This document shows positions 1-11,690 of a DNA stretch of 33,351 bases, piece after piece. The notes under the pieces were generated by a model. The model had not been told where the DNA came from and did not search any database. It saw nothing but the letters and a program-made list of their open reading frames with translations. Positions within the stretch are counted from its first letter, which is position 1. Each line of letters begins with the position of its first letter. The DNA is from Dicyema japonicum (taxonomy: Eukaryota > Animalia > Dicyemida): the NCBI GenBank assembly GCA_011109175.1, contig RDEW01000103.1, forward strand, positions 51,890 through 85,240. Reading direction: 5' to 3'. The position numbers and the translations under genes were made by a program.

Positions 1-23
1 ATTTTAGTATTAGTGATTATTAG
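1..23 (+). CDS. 3' end (..FSISDY*) of a paralogue of the LAMP/mucin-like gene at 28769-29612, partial at the window edge
   Basis: Positions 1-73 match 29590-29662 with one mismatch, covering the last codons, the TAG stop (21-23) and about 50 nt of 3' UTR. The sequences then diverge. Confidence 0.65.
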
Positions 24-189
24 TTATTAATATGGTTCTTATAATTATTACACATTGACATAATTAGGCTTAGAATTTAAATATTCCAATATTTAATGAA
101 ACATTATTATACCTCAATGTCATAATCAATCAGTCACTTCACTTATTATCATATCCAACCTAAATAGATAATTATTTTTTACCAATTAA

Positions 190-870
190 TAGAAAAAAGG
201 CAAATTACAGATTATTTAAAAAAGATGCCATCCGACAGACTTGAAATCTTTGAAATTCATCAGACAACTATATAAAAGCATCAAACAAATCAAAAGACCA
301 CAAGGATAAAAGGTGGCTTCAACTGGTTAATTGACTCAATGGGAAAAGATCATCTCATCAATTCTGGAAAGCAATAAAACTAATTAAATCAGTGTTGGAA
401 GATGAAAATGGAACCGTTAACCCTCTTCCAAAATACATTTGTCATATACACCTTAACCTACCTATGAAGCATTACGCCGCCATCAGCTTCAAGACATTCT
501 TGAAACACCATAGTACTTGACCTTAAACCGAAGAAAGAACCTTAACAATAACTATTCTTAGACAAACAGGTCTCAGAGGTTATCCCCGGATTAAGGAATC
601 ACAAATCCGTTAAGATTTTTACCGAAAAATCAATATGTACACTTTTCACTTAAGACCGTCGTTTAAAAGAATATTTTCCTTGGTCTTGTAGAGATACCAG
701 TAACAAGGTCTCCTACAATTTTTGGATTAATGTTCGACAGGCTGTTGAATTTTAACTCTTATGCGAAGAATGTCCTCACTAAAGGTCTGCAGAAGTTGAA
801 CGTCCTGTGGAGTATGCTTTTGTTGCGTGGAAATTCCCGTTATCAGAAACTACACTCCACAGACTCAATT
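190..870 (+). mobile_element. Degenerate Jockey/I-like LINE ORF2 fragments
   Basis: FWKAIK linker-like motif at 362-379. GLMFDRLLNFNSYAKNVLTKGLQKLNVL at about 724-805 resembles the LG(V)xFDxxLxFxxH..K....L segment after the RT core. Many stops; boundaries approximate. Confidence 0.45.
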
Positions 871-915
871 CAATATACCGAAAAACAATTTATATGCTGG
901 GCCCTCATACATGAT

Positions 916-984
916 CAATGGTTAATCCCCAACTCACATAGTAACTACGAACTTCCAATGGTTAATTTCCTACTCACATAGTAA
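916..984. repeat. Imperfect 29-bp direct repeat with 40-bp period
   Basis: caatggttaatccccaactcacatagtaa (916-944) versus caatggttaatttcctactcacatagtaa (956-984). Confidence 0.8.
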
Positions 985-989
985 GGAGA

Positions 990-1450
990 AACAGTATTGT
1001 TTTGAGTATGTTTATTAATTTTCCTTTTTTATTATGTCCAAAGCTCTTGCGAAGTCAATTCCGAGGATATGTATATTATTCTTGTATATTTGTGTTATAT
1101 TTTCATCAATGAGCCCATAAAATGTCTGAAATGGATCGACCCCTCATGAATCCGCTTTGATTAGCAGATAAGTATTATTCCGCTACCGTAATTATTCTTT
1201 TAATCACAAAATAGTCCCAGAAACAGAAATAAGTATTCCTCATAGTCTTCAGCCAATTACTTAAATTTTCTGAAGGCATGCAAAAGTCACTCCGTAATGC
1301 TGTAGATCTTGGCAAAGATGATTTCTTTGCATTTAAGAATTGATTCCTCTCACATTAAAAGTCAATATTTTTTCCATTGTGTTTTGAGACATTACCAGCT
1401 CGTTTTAGTAGAGGGACGACACCACTTCAACTAAAATATATTTATTTGTT
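990..1450 (-). mobile_element. Degenerate RT fragment of the RTE-like family
   Basis: The minus strand gives LSANQSGFMRGRSISDILWAH and, after a frameshift, IHILGIDFARALD. These match YHSGFREGRSTADVLWSL and GILGIDISKAFD of the element at 1738-5115. Confidence 0.7.
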
Positions 1451-1851
1451 GACGTTAATATGGGTAACCAGTAAATTCATCGACGGTAAATTAAGGGACC
1501 ACGTGGGCTGGATCCTAGATAGAAGAGGTTGAAATTTTTCATTTTTTTATAATATAGTTAAAATGTGATTTGGCGATTAATCCGACAATAGAAGTCACGT
1601 GCCCGTGACTGAAGGACGTGTGATGAAAATGAAAAAGAGGGGACCTACTTCATTTCTCTTCAGAATCAGAAATCTGTAATGGATTATTGGAGGATTAATT
1701 TAGTCGTCACAAGAAGACGCTCTTCTTTGAGTTCCCTATTATTATTATAAAGCACAACAACTTGCCATTGGAGATGACAAAACCAGTGCAGTACCAAACA
1801 TTAATTTTTTAGTTAATTTTCTCCACTTTCCACGATCCTGAGCCAAATCCC

Positions 1852-2047
1852 TCAAGTGGTCCAGGTCATCTCCCGTAGTTAGAGATAATCCTATTCTCTT
1901 CAGGTCTTCATTCAGTGTCGTGGCCAGTGATGCTCTCGGACGTCCTCGGTCAAGTGGTCCAGGTCATCTCCCGTAGTTAGAGATAATCCTATTCTCTTCA
2001 GGTCTTCATTCAGTGTCGTGGCCAGTGATGCTCTCGGACGTCCTCGG
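1852..2047. repeat. Perfect 98-bp tandem duplication
   Basis: 1852-1949 is identical to 1950-2047. Confidence 0.95.
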
Positions 2048-3390
2048 AACTTCACCTCCTCAGTTTGAAAGTATTCCTCCATGGCAACATTAGCTGGGGT
2101 TTCGATATTTCCCCGTAGGATGTGTCCAAATAGGCTCCAACGAAATTCCATGATGTCTAGTGAAATCGGTTTAGAAGACGTAATAGAGTATAGTTCTTGA
2201 CTTCTTGTTCTCATACGGTCCCAGCACGAATGAATCTTTCGTAGTTGTCCCCGATGGAAGGAGTTTAGTTTTTCAATGTCATTTAGGGTTAATGACCAAG
2301 AACTTGCATTATATAGGAGTATTGGTTTGACTAACGAATTGTATAGTCGAGTTCTGATCTCTCGATTCAAGCCCTTCTTTCTTAGAAACCAATTTCTTCT
2401 CAAGTTGTATAAGGCCGTATTTGCTTTAATCTTCCGTGCAATGATGTCTTCTTTATCTCCAAGCAGGGATCCCAGCTTTTTAACCTTTCGCTAATGCTCT
2501 TCCAGAATAGATTCCTTCCTCATCAATGTTGTCAGCTCTGTCTTGTCTTTGTTGATATTTAGTGACCATTTTTCGAATACTCTTGGTGCCGTCTCGAGTA
2601 ATCCCAATAGGGCCTCCCCATTTTGCGAGACGAAGTCCACATCATCTGCATAAGCTTGGATGCTAGTTCCCTCCACAATAAAAGGCTTGAGATCCCGTAG
2701 CGCAGACTCAAGATATGCAACAAAGAGGAGAGGAGACAATGGATCTCCTTGTGGAGTCCCAGTATTTGTCGAAAATGGCATGGCTTGAGTATTTCCAATT
2801 TTAACAGTTAGTTGTGTTTTTGCCAGTAGTGCCCTAATCATCGAAACTGACGAGGCGTCGAATAGACCCGTGATAGATTCCAATAGTTTACAACGGTTAA
2901 CTGAATCAAACGCTTTCGATATGTCAATCCCAAGGATCCCGAAAGACGTTCTAAATCTTTGAATGGTTGAACATCTCCATTTTAGGCTCCATAAGACGTC
3001 TGCCGTTGATCTCCCCTCGCGGAATCCACTATGGTATAGTGAAAGATAGGCTACCAAATTCTCTCTTACACGTTCGAGAGTGATAATAACCAGGATCTTC
3101 CTGATAACATTCATTAGGATGATCGGTCTCAAGTTTGTTACTTTTCCTTTCGGCTTATTTGGTTTGGGAACCGGAATCAAATAACCCTCTCCAATGGGTA
3201 ACAACACACGTTCTTCAAACATTTTGTTCATGATCAACGCAATGATTTCGTAGAGGTAGTCACCGCCGTGTTTGAATAGTTCAGGACGTAGTCCATCCGG
3301 GCCCGCACTTTTATCAGGTTTCAGCCTTTCACATGCTAATTTCACCTCATAAGGTGCAATTTTCATTCTCAGTTCACCGGATCCACCACA

Positions 3391-3734
3391 TTCTGAGTCG
3401 TATTTAGCCCCGACCTGAAGTGATCAGTAACCAACTCGGCAATCTCAGATGGGTTCATTATTCGTCTTCCATTTTGGTCGTATAATATAGGGGTACTCTT
3501 CTTATTGTGACATTTAAGTAGCCTAACGGCTTCGTAGTATCCCCAGTTACCCTTTAGCCCTTTTCTGAGTCGTATTTAGCCCCGACCTGAAGTGATCAGT
3601 AACCAACTCGGCAATCTCAGATGGGTTCATTATTCGTCTTCCATTTTGGTCGTATAATATAGGGGTACTCTTCTTATTGTGACATTTAAGTAGCCTAACG
3701 GCTTCGTAGTATCCCCAGTTACCCTTTAGCCCTT
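3391..3734. repeat. Perfect 172-bp tandem duplication
   Basis: 3391-3562 is identical to 3563-3734. Confidence 0.95.
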
Positions 3735-4214
3735 CCAGGTGCTCTAATTTGTTTAAGGCATCACATCTAGTAGCAGTCCTCACAGCTTTCTTATTGACTT
3801 ATGTATTCTTGCTTTTTCTTTCCTGAGTTCATCTATTGTAAATTTATTCATAGTTTTCTTTTCCTGTATTTGCAGTCGAATTTGCCTCTGCAGTTTGATT
3901 AGATTAGAGATATCTTGACTTGCACTATTCACATTTATCCAGCTTGGAATCTCCATATACATTTCCTCATATGTTTTATGCATCGCCATTGACACGTTTT
4001 TCCATACGTTTAAACATGATTGGTTTGTGTTAATATTTTCCAATTTGTTGGTTATTCGTTTTCTGTATATCTCCTTAATTTGTGGATCTGAGAAATTAAT
4101 AGTCTTATTGTAGGCGTATTTTTTTGGGTGGGTAGTATATTTGGAGTGTTTGTAATAGCTTACTCGAAATTTCGCAATGACCATCTTATGGTCAGTGTCA
4201 ATGGACGAACCTCC

Positions 4215-4416
4215 GTAAGATCTCGCATTTGTCAATAATCTCTTATCTTTGCATCGACATATTATATAATCGATCTGGTTAAAAATATTGATTATTTCTC
4301 CGTTCTTTTTCTTGGGTAAGATCTCGCATTTGTCAATAATCTCTTATCTTTGCATCGACATATTATATAATCGATCTGGTTAAAAATATTGATTATTTCT
4401 CCGTTCTTTTTCTTGG
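4215..4416. repeat. Perfect 101-bp tandem duplication
   Basis: 4215-4315 is identical to 4316-4416. Confidence 0.95.
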
Positions 4417-5282
4417 TTGTCCCACACCAAGTCGTCATATGTCTTGCAGCGTGAGCAAATGCTGTATTACATAAGAACAAATCGTTTGACCGACAGAAGT
4501 TTCCTAACAGCGTTCCAGGAAGGTTTCTTTTCCCCCTGCTGAATCTCCCCAAGAACGTTTCGTCGGTATCTGTTCTCCTCCCCACCTTGGCGTTCATATC
4601 ACCAGCTATAAATAAAAGTGCGGAGTCGGCCAATTCTAAATATAAATCTGATAAATCTGAGTAGAAGTCATCAAATAGAGCCGGATCTTTGTTAATCCAA
4701 CCACTGTGAGGTGCGTATACATTGATAATGGAGACAATGTCAGTGCTTGCTTTGGCATTCATAAACTTCATTTGTAGAACTCCGATGCGGTCATTAACTG
4801 CCCATACTCTGTAGATATGGGGGAGAAATTCCATTTTGATGACAAAACCCAGTCTATAGTGCCTGTTGACAGTCGGGAGATAGATCAATTTGAATTTACC
4901 ACATGTTTCTTCGTGGTTATCTTGGATTTTGGTTTCCTGTAGGCAACCGATTGCGACATCGTAATTATGTAGGTCTTGACAGAGGGAGGTCCTTTTCCAA
5001 GAAGAGGTTAGGCCTCGGACGTTGAATGAGAGCAGCGAGAATTTCTCCAAAAGATAAGGTTCGTACTTTTCAGACATGTTAATACTTTATTAGAGCCAAA
5101 CCACCAGCTCAACCAAGTTCCCTCTTGGGTAAAATTATAATAAAATAAATAACTCTTAGTCATTATCCAAATTCACCTATTAACAAACCAAAAAGTTGTA
5201 TATACGACGTTAGAAGATGACTATAAAATTGGCAATTATATTATTGAATCACCGTTTTAATTAGCTACATCAAGTAGTCTTC

Positions 5283-5625
5283 TTACTTCTCCCAAATTCC
5301 TTTTAGTTCTTCTGGATTTCTCATAAGGTGGCCACTGTGTGGGGAATATATATTTATGATCATAGTAAGTCTACTCAAATCTTCATTAGGATCCATTTTT
5401 AATTGGAATACACAGATCCTGTCGTTAACTTTCCAGTGTCTGTACAACATCATAGACCATGGTGTTTCTAATCCGAAGGAAACAACATTAATACAAGTTT
5501 GTAAGCTCCTCATAAAATCCGTCTGCAATATTAGTTTTTTGCAAGCAGCATACACGCCATATTTTTAATGTCCGAACACTAAGTTTCTTTGTCAAATCTT
5601 TGAGTCCTCTGTTGTTGAAGGTAAA
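5283..5625 (-). mobile_element. APE-endonuclease N-terminal fragment of a related RTE-like LINE
   Basis: TFNNRGL..CCLQKT and WKVNDRICVFQL..IINIYSPHSG parallel SFNVRGL..GCLQET and WAVNDRIGVLQM..IINVYAPHSG of the adjacent element. Confidence 0.8.
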
Positions 5626-5899
5626 AAAGGTTAGTTCATTATGAAGTATTAAACGCTTACTATACATTTGAGTAGTTTAGTCACGTCACCACTTCAGCAT
5701 AAAAATATGGAAATAATACTTCAAATATTATTCTTTATTGGATGATGAAAACATCCCAAGAATAATCGTATTTGATAGTTTTGATAATTGATGCAATTTC
5801 TATTTCAAATTGTTGGAATCAATTTGGAAAAAAATGTTCCGCATATCTCAAACATTTTTTACGAGTGTTGACTAAATTTGCTGGAAAATGTAAGACCAA

Positions 5900-6900
5900 A
5901 CTAAAAGCAGGATGTAAGATAACAGATTACCTTCCTAAAATTAGTTGAGATTAGATAATTTATAAGCAAGACATTGTCATTTTCCATTATCAGCTTGGGC
6001 TCAAAGTATTCATTAAGATTCGCGGATTGTGTTTGGTCTTGGCACGATGATACTGCTTCCTTCATTCCCTTTTGGCTTGAGTTTTCTGGGAATCGTCTAA
6101 TCATTCCATATTTGTTCTCTATACGCATACTATCCAAGGTTTTCTGATGACGGTTGATTGAATATATTCTTGAATTGGCCTTAACTTTCAGGGAATTGTA
6201 ATGATGTTTGTGGAATTTGCTCACAAAATCATTCCATGTTAGTACGATTGAACAATATTAACTTTAGTATTGTGGATATATGCCAATTCACTGTCAAGTC
6301 ATATTTGTGTAGTTTTTCAACCTCGACTTGTTTCAACGCCTGTTGTGAGGTGATTCCCACTTGGATAAGCATAATTAAATTCCTCCTTTCGTCTACTACA
6401 AAGATAACTGCTTTGTTGTTCTGTACTTTCGTATCTGTACTTACCTCGACTTGTTTCAACGCCTGTTGTGAAGTGATTCCCACTTGGATAAGCATAATTA
6501 AATTCCTCCTTTGGTCTACTACAAAGATAACTGCTTTGTTGTTCTGTACTTTCGTATCTGTACTTATTTCTGTATCCATTCGAAACTCTACTGATTTATT
6601 CACAACTACTGATTCCACAAAATGTGTTTTCACTGCCTCCCAGGAGAGAGCTAAGTTTTTTGTGTGTCTTAAAAATTTATTTTAGCTTCAGATCTGCTAA
6701 TTGTAACAATTTATTTGTTTTGGTTCACAAATTACCGTTTTTGTGATCCACAGAGATCGAAGAAATGTTTCAAGAAAGTTTCGTTTCAGATGTAAGTTCT
6801 ACATGTCCTCATAAGTTATTTCTGTAATTTTGTTTTTGTCATATAATTTTTTAAAGTGTCGTGTCTAAGTATACACATTTGTTTAGAATTCCTCGTTTTC
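5900..6900 (-). mobile_element. C-terminal restriction-like endonuclease (RLE) region of an R4/Dong-like non-LTR retrotransposon, degenerate
   Basis: DTEISTDTKVQNNKAVIFVVD..RNLIMLIQVGIT..EVEKLHKYD, then LTWNDFVSKFHK..KTLDS, follows the PD..(D/E)xK RLE layout of this group. Catalytic residues are altered. Boundaries approximate. Confidence 0.75.
6320..6565. repeat. 123-bp (41-codon) in-frame tandem duplication with two mismatches
   Basis: 6320-6442 versus 6443-6565 differ at gagg/gaag and ttcgtc/ttggtc. Confidence 0.93.
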
Positions 6901-7421
6901 TACTATTATTATAAGTAGTTTATTGGATATTGGTAAAATTTACTCAATGTTTCCACAAGTTTTCACCAGCAAAAAGTCAAGTAAATACCAAGGATTCTCG
7001 TATTTGAATCTTTGACAAATTGGACTGGGCCATCTGTGATAATAGTGCATCTGGTGTAGAACCTACGCCTCCATTGGCACACATTTGCATGTTCTTGCAA
7101 CATAGTGAGCCTCTGAAAGAAGGATTCAAACCTTAGCGTAATCTGAAAATAATCCCACAGAAGGTATTTAATAACCAATTAACTCACCAATACCACAATT
7201 GAGATTATCTTACTTAGGACTAATGCTTATTAATTTTTACTAAATTTAGTGATATTTAATACTAAGCCCATCACAAAACAGAACACCAACGTGACCCACT
7301 CTTAACACTGACAACCCAAGTGACTTTATTAATCTAAAACTAAATCAATAATAAAATGAGTAATAATAATAAAATAAAAAATAGTTGATAAGATTATAAT
7401 AAATTATTAATTAACTGAGCG

Positions 7422-9090
7422 ATGGACAGTTTTTGTGTGACTGAATTTACATTGAATATTAAATGTGGGAATTCCAGCATCTCACAAATTCAAATAGATT
7501 CCTCCAAATCTGTCAAAGACGTATATTTACTAGTAATCACAGCTTCGGGAACTTACAGCTGAAAAATACAATTCTTCTAGCGTCCTCACTGTCATAATCC
7601 ACAAAGGCCGCATTCTCACCGACGATAACAAGACTATAGCTGACTCTGGGATCAACAACAAAGACAGCATTTTCGTTTGGATTAAATCACAGAATAAAAA
7701 TACTACCAATGTTCATTATATTCCTAAATGCAGCCGTCTGTTACTCCTACTCAACCGGTTTCCTCGCAAACTGTGGAAAATAGTCCTTTCAACATTGGAC
7801 AGATCGGTGGACTGCAGGGACTCCAGAATATGGGATTGGGGTCACAGAACTTGTCAGAGGTTCAACAGAGGATGACAAGAGAGGTTGAAATTATTTTTTA
7901 CTCAGATAATGAACAACCCCGAGTCGCTAAAGAATTTGATGGACAGTCCTCTTGTACGGAACATGATGAGGAATCCCGAGTCTTTCCAGTCTGTTTTACA
8001 GTCAAATCCTCAATTCCGGGAAATTATGGATGTTTTTGTTTACTTAACCATTAGGCAAATCCAGAAATGGCCCACATTTTCAATAATCCTGAACTGATAA
8101 GGGAGAGTATGGAATATTTGAATAACCCCAATATGCTGTTGGAGATGATGAGGAACCATGACAGATCTATGGCTAATATTGAAGTTAGGGATCTGTTTAT
8201 TTAGAATCTTCCTGGGGGAATGAGTGCTTTACAGAGAATGTACAGGGACGTGGAGGAACCTATGAGACAGGCTGTAGCCGAAATCGGGAATAGAGAGTCT
8301 TCCAATGATGTCCCGCCACCAGCAGATACACCAGGACAGTCTATAAATGACCCTATACCTAACATATGGTCGTCAGGGACATCTCAACCAGCAAGAAGCA
8401 ATCCTCCTCAATCATCAGGTTTATTATTAATGTTATAGAAGGTGATGCCGGTCTGGGGAGTTATGTTAATCAAATAATGGCTAACCCTGAATTTATGAGG
8501 AATATGGTACAATCACCAGTAATGTCATCAATGTTGGAGTCTATTAGCACCAATCCTGAAGCAATAAGAATGATGGTGGACACTATGCCAGCAGCTGCTA
8601 ATAATCTTCAACTGAGAGAACAACTTATTGCCAATATGCCTATAATGATTAGACAAATGAGGAATAATAATGTTCAGCAGTTGATTGGAAATCCTAAGGC
8701 CATGGCTGCCCTTCTTAAGATACAACAGGGAATGGAGGAGTTACATGCTGAGGCATCTGAGTTTTTACAATCGTACTCTTTTCCGTTATTTTAGTCTCTC
8801 AGGTGTCATACCACCTCAGTCTTCTACTCAGTCCTCTCAACCTGATAGTTCTTCCATATTTAATCTGCTTAATAGACAGGCTGATGAAAATAGGGTAATT
8901 TGTGTTGTTATATTGAATTTACCTCCGAGAGAGAGATATGCCTCACAACTACAACAATTAGCTTCTATGGGATTTGTTGACACTGAATTAAATTTAACAG
9001 GTTTTATTTTTTTGTTATGTTTTAGTTTTGGAGAGAGTTGCTGGGGATTTGAATAGGGCAATTGATATTTTACTTGGACAAATTAGATAA
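7422..9090 (+). CDS. UBQLN: Ubiquilin/Dsk2 (UBL-STI1-UBA), about 489 aa, 10 exons
   Basis: UBL (VKDLRELTAEK..IIHKGRILTD), STI1 repeats (NNPESLKNLMDSPLVRNMM, NPELIRESM, EMMRNHDRSMANIE, GGMSALQRMY, NDPIPNIW) and UBA (RYASQLQQLASMGF..GDLNRAIDIL). Introns: 7521-7542, 7711-7733, 7884-7905, 8032-8054, 8184-8204, 8419-8438, 8773-8794, 8895-8915 (GT..TG, uncertain), 9001-9025. The spliced length of 1470 nt is in frame. Confidence 0.95.
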
Positions 9091-9227
9091 TTAGCTCTGG
9101 TTATTATTTTTGGCTTATTAATAAATTCTATTTTATTAATTTAATAAATATTGACAATAATTTACGTAATATTACATTTATTGGAATAATTAGAGTACAT
9201 AAATTAATAGTAGGTTAACAACATTTT

Positions 9228-11489
9228 GTTTTGGTGGAGCTGGTGACGTGGCACTATTGCACACATGTCTTTTTCGTGCTTTTCTTCGGTGTAAAAGGAT
9301 TAAAGTCGGATACTAAAAGAAGAATTTTATGCGTGCATTTTGGATCGTACAAAACCGCGGCGTGCTTACAGGAAACGAAAGTAAAAGCGGACTAGATGAG
9401 ATCAACAAATATTTCCGCCTGATTCTGCACCCTTCGAATTGCCCACACTACGGCATGGGATTTGCAATACAAAAAAAACTGAACAATCGAATCCACAAGA
9501 CGTGGAGGGTGAGTGATAGAATATGTGATTTACAATTAAATCCATGTCGCAAGTATATGCATCTTTGGAAACATCGTTCATGATATACATTGCCGTTGAT
9601 TGGGATGCAAAGGCAGAACGTGGGAGTAGTACGAAGAATTCATGGGAAATCATGGAAGAGGGATCGGGAACCATTCAGGAGAATCGCTTATTCAATTTTG
9701 CAATACATTCAAACTATTTCTATGCAATACTGCTTTCAGGCACTCAGCAAGACATTAGACTACATGGAGCTGCTACCGAAAGGACAAATCTGGGACTATC
9801 AAGCCTATATATAACCAAATAGATTACATTATCTGCAAATAAGCCTACAAGGCACTACTAACAGACTCTCGGAGCTACAGTGGGACACTAGTAGATAGTG
9901 ATCACAGATTGGTTGCGGCACGTTTCCTTTTCAAACGATATTTTGGGGTTTCCGAAGCGGCTGGCATGAGGATATCTGAAGGGAGGTTCACGATGAAACA
10001 ACTCTGCATGGTGGGACCGACTCGGGAAAGCTATCAAAATACATTGAGAGCCATATCCAGCCATCGTCAGCTGACCTTCAATCAAAACCACGGAGAAAAC
10101 ATCAAACAATTCGATGGTGAAGCACGAGAACTAAATATTCCGACGACGATTCTGGAAACAAAAAAAGCCCTGGACAAACTGAACAACAATAGAGCTGCTG
10201 ATCCTGACAACATAAATGAAGAACTTCTCAAATATGCAGCGATCGAGATCTCTGATCAATTAACTGAGATATACAACAAAGCATTCAAATTCAACTCACT
10301 GTTGGATGTGGGTAATGGCACACTAATTGCACTACAAAAACGAATTTAAGACCCATCGTACTATTGACGACTCTACGCAAGACACTATCAGTGCTGAATA
10401 GAATTGGACCTGACATTGAGAACTTTCTCCTCAGTCAAAGTGGATTCAGCTCAGCAAGATCTACAGCTGATGTGGTATAGAGACATCGATGGTTTTGTGC
10501 AACACATCAAAAATACAAGGGGGCTACTGTCATCCTGGACATGTCCAAAGCTTTTGACTCTATACACAGAGGGAGACTTTTGGATATCTTGGAGAATTTG
10601 GTTTACGAGGACAGTGTCAGAATGATCCGTCTATTACTTGGAACAACGCAGCTATGTGTACGTTTTGGAAATTTGGAGTCTGTCCCATTCGAGACAACGT
10701 TCGGGTTACCGCAGGAAGATTCCTTGTCACCGGTACTTTTTGTGACATATCTGGAGGCGGCACTCAGAGACTTTAGACTATTAATTGGCGATCTACCTCA
10801 AACTGAAGTGATTTATACAGATGATATCGACTATATATTAAAACATTAAACTATATACGGACAAGGATGCCAGATGTCCTAGAAAAATGGTTCATCAAAA
10901 TCAATACGGAAAAGACGGAGACAACTACCATACGCCGTGAATTAACCCGAACTGATGAAAAATGGAGATACTGTAAAAAATTGGGGTCGTTGCTCGGAGA
11001 CTCTGAGGATATCACTAACAGGAAAATATTGGCCATTAGAAAAATGGGAGTAGTCTGGAATCATGGTAAACAAATTAGCACACAATTACGTGTAAGACTA
11101 TACAATGCCTTCGTGAAACCGGTCCTAATGTACAACGCTGCAACCTGGAAAGTCTACAAGCGGTAATGGACAAATTAGATGCCTTCCATCGTAAACAACT
11201 CCGACTGTTGCTTGGCATCAACTGGCCAAAAAAATTACAAACAAGAATCTATACAAAATATGTAATGCAAGACTATTGAGTCTGGATATCCTTGAATCAA
11301 GATGGCGTCTATTTGGTCACATCTTTCGGATGAGCCAGATGACGCCTGCTAAAATAGCAATGGAGAACTATTTATGCCCAGAAGTGAACACCTCGTTCCG
11401 TGGAAGACCTCGCATAACTTTGCCAGAGGTTCTACACAAGGACCTGACCAATGTAAGACAAAAGCTGAAAACAATAATAATAACATTTT
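9228..11489 (+). mobile_element. Degenerate, near full-length RTE-like LINE (same family as 1738-5115)
   Basis: Same 5' motif ttggt(g/t)gagctggtg at 9231-9245. EN and RT motifs DSDHRLV, SKAFDSIHR, GLPQEDSLSP, YTDD, KKLGSLLGD, RWRLFGHI, RGRPR. (TAA)3 at about 11473-11483. Possible TSD AACATTTT at 9220-9227 and 11482-11489 (tentative). Many frameshifts. Confidence 0.88.
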
Positions 11490-11690
11490 CATTATACTAC
11501 CATCTCTTGCTAAACTGCAGAGTCATAGTGTAATGGGCCACCGATCAGTGTAATGGGCCAGTCATAGTATTTAGATTATACTTGATTTCCAGAGGAGTTG
11601 GTGATATTGTTTTAATATACTTTTTCTAAATAGCTTTCTCCTATTTGATCAAAAAAATTAATGATGCACACATATCAATGAAATTAAATT

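Larger units (their letters stand above)
1745..5077 (-). pseudogene. EN-RT polyprotein of about 987 aa after repair; currently disrupted
   Basis: Removing three tandem duplications (371 bp in total), restoring two single-base deletions (near 3785 and 3380) and reverting one TAG to TGG (2491-2493) gives 2964 nt, or 988 codons. This joins track ORFs 4292-5077, 3780-4235, 3547-3783, 2491-3366 and 1912-2403. Confidence 0.85.
1738..5115 (-). mobile_element. Full-length RTE-superfamily non-LTR retrotransposon (APE endonuclease + RT, single ORF)
   Basis: 8-bp TSD AGTTCCCT at 1730-1737 and 5116-5123. (TAA)n tail overlaps the stop at 1738-1747. The 5' UTR is 38 nt. EN motifs NVRGL, LQETK, GDMNAKVG, NQIDYI, DHKMV. 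RT motifs GPDG, LRPIIL, SKAFDSV, PQGDPLSP, YADD. C-terminal LAQDRGKWR. Confidence 0.93.

Noticed and set aside
916-984. CRISPR-like repeat-spacer
   Set aside because: Only two imperfect copies with an 11-bp spacer, no cas genes, and a eukaryotic context.
2491-3366. Retron, DGR or group II intron reverse transcriptase
   Set aside because: The RT is fused to an N-terminal APE endonuclease and has a TSD and simple-repeat tail, all hallmarks of a LINE.
6236-6685. 149-aa plus-strand ORF with an internal repeat
   Set aside because: Antisense shadow of the RLE fragment and its 123-bp duplication.
6963-7178. Further LINE fragment (RILGIYL resembles KYLGIYL)
   Set aside because: A single short motif is not enough to call a feature.
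11521-11568. Nested short repeats (agtgtaatgggcca x2, agtcatagt x2)
   Set aside because: Real but very short; probably repair or insertion scars at the LINE end, with no assignable function.
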